From an uncultured Bacilli bacterium (GTDB taxonomy: Bacteria > Bacillota_I > Bacilli_A > RF39 > UBA660), in contig CAKOIS010000001.1 of assembly GCA_934087065.1 (NCBI GenBank), positions 46,388 through 110,387 on the forward strand: a stretch of 64,000 bases of DNA. Reading direction: 5' to 3'. The notes below the pieces were generated by a model. That model was given only the letters and a program-made list of their open reading frames with translations. It was not told the origin of the DNA and searched no databases. How positions within the stretch are numbered: position 1 is the stretch's first letter; every line of letters starts with the position of its first letter. This document shows, piece after piece, positions 1 to 6,584 of this stretch. The position numbers were made by a program, and so were the translations under genes.

Positions 1-612
1 GATGCACTTTTAATAACACATGACCATACAGACCATACATATGGTTTAAAAGTGTTTCTTAATAAAGTAAAACCAACTCTATTTATAACTCCAGAAGTAG
101 AAAATTTCTGTCTAGGCACAAAATATGAAAACTCAGAATACCTTACAGATGAAATGATCTATTATGGAACTCTAATCAAGCCAATTCCACTAAGCCATGA
201 TGCTCTTACTATTAACGGTTACTTAATAGAAAATGACACCGAAAGCTTAGTCTACATTACAGATACTGGTTACATCAACCAAAGAAACTTTATATATCTA
301 AAAAATAAAAATTACTATATATTAGAAAGTAACCATGATACAGAAATGCTTATAAAAGGACCTTACCCTGAATACTTGCAAAGAAGAATACTTAGCGACA
401 AAGGCCACTTATCAAATGAGTTATGTGCAGGCTACTTAAGTAGACTAATTGGACCAAATACAAAAAAAGTAGTTTTAGCCCACCTATCTGAATCAAACAA
501 CACAAAAGACTTAGCTTTATTAACTAACAAAAAAGTATTAGAAGAAAATGGCATAATATTTGATTCTCTTGAATGTGCAAGTCAAGATACTTTAACTGAG
601 GTAAGTATATGA
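1..612 (+). CDS. MBL-fold metallo-hydrolase (WalJ/YycJ-like); 5' end outside the window
   Basis: Frame 1 is open from base 1. The HxHxDH zinc motif (T-H-D-H-T-D-H) is encoded at 16..36, with later SNHDTEM and AHLSE segments. It lies directly upstream of rlmH, as yycJ does in Bacillus-type genomes. TGA stop at 610..612. Confidence 0.75.
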   Translation, partial: DALLITHDHTDHTYGLKVFLNKVKPTLFITPEVENFCLGTKYENSEYLTDEMIYYGTLIKPIPLSHDALTINGYLIENDTESLVYITDTGYINQRNFIYLKNKNYYILESNHDTEMLIKGPYPEYLQRRILSDKGHLSNELCAGYLSRLIGPNTKKVVLAHLSESNNTKDLALLTNKKVLEENGIIFDSLECASQDTLTEVSI

Positions 613-1046
613 TAAAAATAATATGTATAGGAAAAATAAAAGAAAAATATTTAATGGATGCTATTAATGATTACATGAAAAGGTTGTCAAAATATCACAA
701 AGTAGATTTAATTGAGCTAAAAGATAGTAATATATTAGAAGAAAAAAAACTAATACTTTCTCACTTAAACAAAAGTGATTACATAATAAGTATGTGTATT
801 GAAGGTATAGAGTACTCTACAATTGAACTAAAAGACAAAATTGATAACCTACTTACAAGTGGACAGTCAAATATTACCTTCATAATAGGTGGAAGTGATG
901 GGTTAGATAACGAAATAAAGACTATCTCAAACGAACTAATCTCTTTTTCAAAATTAACATATCCACATGGCTTATTTAGACTAATACTTTTAGAACAAAT
1001 CTATAGAGTATTCAAAATAATGAATAACGAAACCTACCATAAGTAG
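609..1046 (+). CDS. rlmH: 23S rRNA (pseudouridine1915-N3)-methyltransferase RlmH
   Basis: N-terminus MIKIICIGKIKEKYL and C-terminal SPOUT segment FIIGGSDGL...LSFSKLTYPHGLFRLILLEQIYR are typical of RlmH. ATGA overlap with the upstream gene. Confidence 0.85.
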   Translation: MIKIICIGKIKEKYLMDAINDYMKRLSKYHKVDLIELKDSNILEEKKLILSHLNKSDYIISMCIEGIEYSTIELKDKIDNLLTSGQSNITFIIGGSDGLDNEIKTISNELISFSKLTYPHGLFRLILLEQIYRVFKIMNNETYHK

Positions 1047-1132
1047 GTTTTTATTGTAAAAAAGTGTCCAATATAATGGACAAAATCATCAAAATTGTAA
1101 AAACTATCCACTACACTGGACAAAATCATAAA

Positions 1133-1172
1133 GTAAAACTCGGAGCAAATATTAACAAACTCCGAGTTTTAC
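1133..1172. terminator. Long perfect hairpin, likely bidirectional terminator after rlmH
   Basis: GTAAAACTCGGAG - 14 nt loop - CTCCGAGTTTTAC. The 13-bp perfect stem includes A/T tracts on both sides. Confidence 0.55.
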
Positions 1173-1268
1173 TATAACCCAAATTGTACACATCTCATAT
1201 TTTTTCTTGGTAATTATAGAAAAATCATGAATAATATGTTATAATTTAGTAGAAAAGGATAAATTGAT

Positions 1269-2141
1269 ATGGGAAAAATAAAGAAAAAATTAATAATAAA
1301 TGGAATGCTTTTAATACTAGGATGTTTACTAATTTCACTAACATTCAACGTCTTTTGTGTTCCAAATAAAATCGTGCCTGGTGGTTTAAGTGGCGTTGGT
1401 ATAATATTTGACCACTTATTTAACATAAAAACATCTTACGTACTACTAATAGGAAACATAATTTTAGTAACTATAGGTATAATCTGCCTTGGACTAAAAG
1501 ACACAATCCCATCAATAATAGGTGCCATTGTGTATACTCTAGTTATGTATCTAACTGAACTACTAAATGTCACTATTACACTAAGTAGTCCATTTTTGAA
1601 CATAATCACAATAGGAGTACTCTTTGGTATTGGCTGCACAATGGTGTACTTATCAGGTTGTAGTTTAGGTGGCTTAGACATAATAGGAGTGATATTCAAT
1701 AAAAAATTCGGCTTAACTCTAGGAACAGCATTATTTATAGTAAACGGCACAGTCTTAATTGTCGGCACATTCATATTCGGTGTAGAAATGCTCATAACTT
1801 CACTAATCATAAGATTTATAGAAAGCAAAATAATAGATAACTTTCTAACAGGAATAAGTGACTCAAAAATAGTATTCATTAATACAGACAAAAAAGAAGA
1901 AATAATATCATACATCATAACAGAAATAGAAGGTGGAATAAGTGAAATTCCAGTAAAAACAGGATACAAAAAAGAAAATTCTAGCATTATCATGTGCGTA
2001 GTGCCAACAGAAAAATACCTAATATTAAAAGAAAAAATAATAGAAGTTGACAATGATGCATTTCTAACAGTACTAGACTCATACGAAGTATACGGTGGTA
2101 CAAATAGGTATAAACTACCACTTCATGATTTAAGAATATAG
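1269..2141 (+). CDS. YitT-family membrane protein (DUF2179 C-terminal domain)
   Basis: Multi-TM N-terminal part with the VPNKIVPGGLSGVGII motif and a soluble C-terminal domain ending DSYEVYGG, the YitT/DUF2179 architecture. Confidence 0.7.
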   Translation: MGKIKKKLIINGMLLILGCLLISLTFNVFCVPNKIVPGGLSGVGIIFDHLFNIKTSYVLLIGNIILVTIGIICLGLKDTIPSIIGAIVYTLVMYLTELLNVTITLSSPFLNIITIGVLFGIGCTMVYLSGCSLGGLDIIGVIFNKKFGLTLGTALFIVNGTVLIVGTFIFGVEMLITSLIIRFIESKIIDNFLTGISDSKIVFINTDKKEEIISYIITEIEGGISEIPVKTGYKKENSSIIMCVVPTEKYLILKEKIIEVDNDAFLTVLDSYEVYGGTNRYKLPLHDLRI

Positions 2142-2166
2142 TGATATAATTAACTAGGAGGTAAAA

Positions 2167-2853
2167 ATGAATTTAATAGAAGTAAAAAATGTATATAAAC
2201 AATACAAAAACGGTGTAACAGCCCTAAGCGACATAACACTTTCTATTCCAAAAGGCGACTTTGTCTTTGTAATAGGCTCAACTGCTTCAGGAAAAAGTAC
2301 ACTAATAAAACTACTTTATAGACAAGAAAAACCATCACGTGGAGAAGTTTATGTAGGTGGAATAAACGTAAGCAAATTAAGAAACAGAAAAGTATATAAA
2401 TTAAGAAGAAAACTAGGAATAGTATTCCAAGACTATAAATTATTACAAAACCTAACTGTATTTGAAAATGTTGCATTTGCACTAGAAATATATGGTTTAC
2501 CTGAAAATGAAGTAAGAAAAAAAGTAATGAATGCAATAGAAAAAGTTGGATTAAAAGAAAAATTTAGAAGTTATCCAGATCAACTATCAGGTGGAGAGCA
2601 GCAGCGTGTATCAATCGCTCGTGCAATAGTAAATAATCCAAAAATACTAATATGTGACGAACCTACTGGTAACCTAGACCCAACAACATCAATGGGAATA
2701 ATGGAAATAATAAACAAAATTAATGAAGAAGGTACAACTGTTATAATGGCAACACATGACAAAGACATAGTAAATCATTACAAGAAAAGAGTTATCAAAC
2801 TAGAAAAAGGAATACTTGTAGGTGACACAGTTAAAGGAGGTTATGGGAAATAA
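2167..2853 (+). CDS. ftsE: Cell division ATP-binding protein FtsE
   Basis: Walker [13 protein letters not shown] signature LSGGEQQR, Walker B ILICDEPT. One-nt overlap (TAATG) with the downstream ftsX. Confidence 0.9.
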   Translation: MNLIEVKNVYKQYKNGVTALSDITLSIPKGDFVFVIGSTASGKSTLIKLLYRQEKPSRGEVYVGGINVSKLRNRKVYKLRRKLGIVFQDYKLLQNLTVFENVAFALEIYGLPENEVRKKVMNAIEKVGLKEKFRSYPDQLSGGEQQRVSIARAIVNNPKILICDEPTGNLDPTTSMGIMEIINKINEEGTTVIMATHDKDIVNHYKKRVIKLEKGILVGDTVKGGYGK

Positions 2854-3752
2854 TGAAATACTTAAGAATAATAAGAAACAACATAAAAGACTCACTAAAA
2901 AGTGTCTTCCGTAACTTCTCACTTAGTATAGCAAGTATATCTTGTATAACAATAACACTAATACTAGTAGCAGTAGCCGTTTTACTAAGCGAAAACGTAA
3001 GCAAATTCACTTCTGACATAGAAAAAGACGTAACTATTGTAGTCTACATAAACAAAGATGCAACAGATACAGACATTGAAGCACTTAAAACAAAAATAGA
3101 ACTTTTATCAAATATAGATAGTATTACATTTATGTCAAAAGAAAGTATTAGAAAAGACATGTCAAAAGAAAGTGATGGACTTGGCACAATACTAAGCGAA
3201 TACGACGAAACAAATAACCCACTTCTAAACGAATACTTAGTCAAAGTAAAAGACACAGAAAGTATTGGCGTAACTGCAAAACTAATAAAAGAATTATCAG
3301 GCGTTTACCAAGTAAAATACGGTGAAGGCATGGTAGAAGAATTAGTCAAAATATTTGACATAGTTAAAAAAATAATGGTAGTCATAGTAATAGGACTTAT
3401 CATAGTAACAGCATTCCTAATAAGTAACACAATAAAAATAACTATCAACAACAGAAAAAGACAAATAGAAATCATGCGTTTAGTAGGAGCTTCAAACACA
3501 TACATAAAAACACCTTTCTTCTTTGAAGGCATTATACTAGGTTTCATAGGTAGCATAATTCCAGTATTATTAACTACTTTTGGCTACACTTACCTATATG
3601 ACAAAATGAATGGAATCTTGTTTACTGAAGTAATAACCTTAGTAAACCCAAGCACTATAATGTTAAAAACAATACTAATAATAGTATCAATTGGTGTAGT
3701 AGTCGGAGCAATAGGTTCATCCCGTGCAGTAAGGAGGTACCTAAAAATATAA
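2853..3752 (+). CDS. ftsX: Cell division permease-like protein FtsX
   Basis: TM1, then an extracellular alpha/beta domain, then three C-terminal TM helices (FtsX fold). Gene order is ftsE-ftsX. Confidence 0.85.
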   Translation: MKYLRIIRNNIKDSLKSVFRNFSLSIASISCITITLILVAVAVLLSENVSKFTSDIEKDVTIVVYINKDATDTDIEALKTKIELLSNIDSITFMSKESIRKDMSKESDGLGTILSEYDETNNPLLNEYLVKVKDTESIGVTAKLIKELSGVYQVKYGEGMVEELVKIFDIVKKIMVVIVIGLIIVTAFLISNTIKITINNRKRQIEIMRLVGASNTYIKTPFFFEGIILGFIGSIIPVLLTTFGYTYLYDKMNGILFTEVITLVNPSTIMLKTILIIVSIGVVVGAIGSSRAVRRYLKI

Positions 3753-4942
3753 TGAAAAAATTTCTAATAATTATAGTTTCACTTCTTATATTAATACTAC
3801 CACTTAAAACAAATGCAGCTGCAAGAACCTATGGGGACTTACTAGACGAATTAGATAGACTAGAAAGACAAAAACAAAAGCAGGACACAGAAAAACAAAT
3901 AAGTGAAGCTGAATACAACAGAGTGATTGGTGAAATGCGAGCAATTGAAGCAAAAGTAGCTGACTTAAATAATCAAATAATAACAGCATCAAACAAAATT
4001 GAAGAACTAGAAAAAACAATACAAGAAAAGAAAGAAGAAACAGATAACATTTTAGTATTTTTGCAACTTTCTAATGGAGAAAAATCTTATCTAGAGTACA
4101 TTTTTAAAGCAACCTCATTTACAGACTTTATCCATAGAATATCTGTAGTAGAACAACTATCTAAATATAATAAAGAACAAATTAATGAAATGAAAAGTCT
4201 TATAAAGCAAAACAACGAACTAAAAGACAAACTAGCAAAAGACATAGAAAGTGAACAAAAAAACAGAGATATACTACAAGACAAAATGTTTGAACTAGGT
4301 TCAAGAATAGACGAACTTGAAGAAGATTCAGTTTCAATAGAAGATTTAATCAAATCACAAAAACAATTAATAGAATTCTATAGACAAAAAGGATGTTCAA
4401 ATTCGTATGACCTACTATCTACTTGTATGGCTATTCCAACTTCAACAGGTTTTAAAAGACCTACTGAAACAGGAATAATCACAAGTACATATGGATATAG
4501 AACAAACCCACTTTACCCATCAAGCATATCTTTCCATAACGGAGTAGATATCGGTAACAAAAGTCCGGCTGAAGGGACACCAATTTACCCGGTAGCATCA
4601 GGTACAGTTGCGCTTCAAACACAATGGGGATGTGGTGGTAAAGTAATGTTTATATATCACAATATTAATGGAGTAAAATATACTTCTGTAATGATGCACT
4701 TACTAGACTATAACGGTTTAGAAGAAGGAGACGTTGTATCTGAAGGAGAAGTAGTTGCTCATATGGGTGGATACTCAACAGCAAGAAGTCATGGCGGCTA
4801 CGATTCATGTACAACAGGCGCACACTTACACTTGACAATTAGCCGTGGACACGTTACAATAGCTAACTATAAAGCTTCAGTAATTGACCCAGGAAGCGTA
4901 ATATATTTCCCAGGCGGATGGTGGTCTTCAAGAGTCTGGTAA
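3752..4942 (+). CDS. Secreted coiled-coil M23 (LytM) peptidoglycan metalloendopeptidase, PcsB/CwlO/EnvC-like partner of FtsEX
   Basis: Signal peptide MKKFLIIIVSLLILILPLKTNA, about 200 aa of heptad-rich coiled coil, and a C-terminal LytM domain with HxxxD (HNGVDI) and HxH (HLHL). One-nt overlap with the ftsX stop. Confidence 0.8.
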   Translation: MKKFLIIIVSLLILILPLKTNAAARTYGDLLDELDRLERQKQKQDTEKQISEAEYNRVIGEMRAIEAKVADLNNQIITASNKIEELEKTIQEKKEETDNILVFLQLSNGEKSYLEYIFKATSFTDFIHRISVVEQLSKYNKEQINEMKSLIKQNNELKDKLAKDIESEQKNRDILQDKMFELGSRIDELEEDSVSIEDLIKSQKQLIEFYRQKGCSNSYDLLSTCMAIPTSTGFKRPTETGIITSTYGYRTNPLYPSSISFHNGVDIGNKSPAEGTPIYPVASGTVALQTQWGCGGKVMFIYHNINGVKYTSVMMHLLDYNGLEEGDVVSEGEVVAHMGGYSTARSHGGYDSCTTGAHLHLTISRGHVTIANYKASVIDPGSVIYFPGGWWSSRVW

Positions 4943-4952
4943 GGAGGAACCT

Positions 4953-5879
4953 ATGTCATATACAACAAATATAAAAAACGAAATACTAAATAACGAATAC
5001 AATAAAACTGAACAAATAAGTGAATTATCAGCAATAATTAACATAAATGGAGAAATAGAAAACAAATCTATTTCTCTTTATACTGAAAACATAGGTGTAT
5101 CAAGAAGAATATACAAACTATTAAAAGACATCTTTAATATAGAAATAAACATAACAAAAGAAGAAATAAATAGACTAAACAAAAACTTTATAATACACAT
5201 GACTATAGAAGAAGATGTAGAAAAAATTCTAAAAACACTAGATTTATATGACTACACAAATAACACTAGAAAATATAAACCATCTGACTATATATGTGGA
5301 AACATTGAAGAAAAAAAAGCCTATTTAAGAGGTGCTTTCTTAATCTGCGGAAGTGTAAATGACCCCAAAACAAGTAGATACCATTTAGAATTTATAATAG
5401 AAAATGAAACAACTGCAAACTATATAAATGAGTTACTACAAGAATTAAACTTTAACTCAAAAATATTAAAAAGAGAAAAACACTACATGGTCTACTTAAA
5501 AGAAAGTGAAAGAATAAGCGACTTTATAAAATTATTAAATGCCTACAATTCACTATTCTATTATGAAGACATAAGAATATATAGAGACCACAAAAACATG
5601 ACAAACAGACTAAATAACTGTGAACAAGCTAACATTGATAAAATAGTATTTTCTTCAAACGAACAAATAGAAAACATACAAAAACTAAAACAAAGAGAAG
5701 ACTTTGACTTAATAGATGACAAAATAAAAGAAGTCTGTATCTACAAAGAAAAATATCCTGAAAGTTCAATGCAAGAACTAGCAGATATTATATCTTTAGA
5801 AACAAATACTAAAATAACAAAAAGTGGAATAAATCACAGATTTAGAAAAATAAAAGAAATGGTTTCACAAAAACATTAA
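4953..5879 (+). CDS. whiA: DNA-binding sporulation/cell-division regulator WhiA
   Basis: Degenerate LAGLIDADG-like double domain plus a C-terminal HTH (MQELADIISLETNTKITKSGINHRFRKI). Length and N-terminus (SYTTNIKNEI) are typical of WhiA. Confidence 0.85.
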   Translation: MSYTTNIKNEILNNEYNKTEQISELSAIININGEIENKSISLYTENIGVSRRIYKLLKDIFNIEINITKEEINRLNKNFIIHMTIEEDVEKILKTLDLYDYTNNTRKYKPSDYICGNIEEKKAYLRGAFLICGSVNDPKTSRYHLEFIIENETTANYINELLQELNFNSKILKREKHYMVYLKESERISDFIKLLNAYNSLFYYEDIRIYRDHKNMTNRLNNCEQANIDKIVFSSNEQIENIQKLKQREDFDLIDDKIKEVCIYKEKYPESSMQELADIISLETNTKITKSGINHRFRKIKEMVSQKH

Positions 5880-5880
5880 C

Positions 5881-5907
5881 TGTGAATAACTTAAAACTTA
5901 TTAACAA
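5881..5907 (+). repeat. 27-nt intergenic motif, copy 1 (TGTGAATAACTTAAAACTTATTAACAA)
   Basis: Differs from the copy at 6485..6511 at 1 of 27 nt. Its first 9 nt are a one-mismatch complement of the DnaA box TTATCCACA. Confidence 0.7.
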
Positions 5908-5930
5908 CTAGCTAAAGTTTGACAGCAAAA

Positions 5931-5969
5931 ACGAGCAATCTCCTATATTTACTGGAATTGCTCGTTTTT
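5931..5969 (+). terminator. Rho-independent terminator of whiA
   Basis: ACGAGCAAT - 17 nt loop - ATTGCTCGT, followed by TTTT. Confidence 0.7.
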
Positions 5970-6122
5970 ATAATGTTGTGATTTTTTCACTATCACACTG
6001 TTAAAAAGTATTGTTTTATCCACCTAATTCAGTCGCTTTTCTAACTAATACTCAAATATTTACACAAAATTCCAACTATTTTTGCCCATTTTTACACATT
6101 TTTCTAAAAAAATATAAAACTC

Positions 6123-6151
6123 TTGCCCATTTTAGTTAAATATTATATAAT
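6123..6151 (+). promoter_or_regulatory. Sigma-A-like promoter for a putative small antisense RNA
   Basis: TTGCCC (6123..6128), 17-nt spacer, TATAAT (6146..6151). Confidence 0.4.
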
Positions 6152-6157
6152 GTAAAT

Positions 6158-6240
6158 ATAGGAAGTAATCAATAAATTGAATGTCTACCTATATTTGTTA
6201 TAGTGACATTGCGCTAAGCGATGTCATTTCTTTATTTCTA
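6158..6240 (+). ncRNA. Putative ~80-nt small RNA, convergent with and overlapping the 3' end of the minus-strand small ORF
   Basis: It starts after the promoter at 6123..6151 and ends at a 9-bp hairpin (6204..6226) followed by a T-rich tract. There is no convincing RBS or ORF. The ends are predicted only. Confidence 0.3.
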
Positions 6241-6322
6241 TCACTAATAATAGCAATAAAAACAAAGCAATATTCACTAGAATCAACACGCATATTCTAT
6301 ACGATCTCTTCTTCATGGACAT
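6224..6322 (-). CDS. 32-aa hydrophobic peptide (type I toxin-like / small membrane protein): MSMKKRSYRICVLILVNIALFLLLLLVIEIKK
   Basis: GGGAGG at 6332..6327, ATG at 6322 (alternative ATG at 6316), TGA at 6226..6224. It has its own consensus promoter upstream and a single TM helix with charged ends. It falls below the length cutoff of the ORF track. Confidence 0.45.
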   Translation of the reverse strand: MSMKKRSYRICVLILVNIALFLLLLLVIEIKK

Positions 6323-6406
6323 TGAACCTCCCTTCCTTTTCAACCAAGTTCCCCTGATTTACTTTGAAATTTGGTAGACACCCAGCACTTCCTGCTCCAT
6401 ACTAAC

Positions 6407-6435
6407 ATTATAACGTAATTAGCAAGGTAAATCAA
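6407..6435 (-). promoter_or_regulatory. Consensus-like sigma-A promoter driving the small minus-strand ORF
   Basis: On the minus strand: TTGATT (6435..6430), 17-nt spacer, TATAAT (6412..6407). Confidence 0.5.
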
Positions 6436-6484
6436 TACTAAAAACAAATAAATTTTCGCTACAATTTTCAAAATCCGCAAAAAT

Positions 6485-6511
6485 TGTGGATAACTTAAAA
6501 CTTATTAACAA
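6485..6511 (+). repeat. 27-nt intergenic motif, copy 2 (TGTGGATAACTTAAAACTTATTAACAA)
   Basis: It starts with the exact complement of the DnaA box TTATCCACA and lies 16 nt upstream of the -35 of the giant repeat-protein gene. Confidence 0.7.
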
Positions 6512-6526
6512 ATTTATGAAAAATAA

Positions 6527-6555
6527 TTGATTTAAAACGTTATTTATGGTATGAT
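6527..6555 (+). promoter_or_regulatory. Extended -10 promoter of the first giant repeat-protein gene
   Basis: TTGATT, 17 nt, TGgTATGAT. The ATG at 6558 lies too close to the -10 to be used, which supports the ATG at 6585 as the start. Confidence 0.55.
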
Positions 6556-6584
6556 TTATGATAGAAAGTAGGGTGCAAAACTTT

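Noticed and set aside
6181-6357. A 58-codon + strand ORF (MSTYICYSDIALS...) overlapping the small minus-strand ORF.
   Set aside because: It has no RBS within reach of the ATG. It reads through the terminator-like hairpin, and its composition looks like an antisense artefact. The minus-strand ORF has the promoter, RBS and membrane-peptide character.
5881-6557. The long non-coding region with several DnaA-box-like sequences as a replication origin.
   Set aside because: It has only one perfect and two one-mismatch boxes spread over about 630 bp. There are no dnaA/dnaN neighbours and no obvious AT-rich 13-mer-like unwinding element cluster. The region is better explained by the small convergent gene pair and promoters found there.
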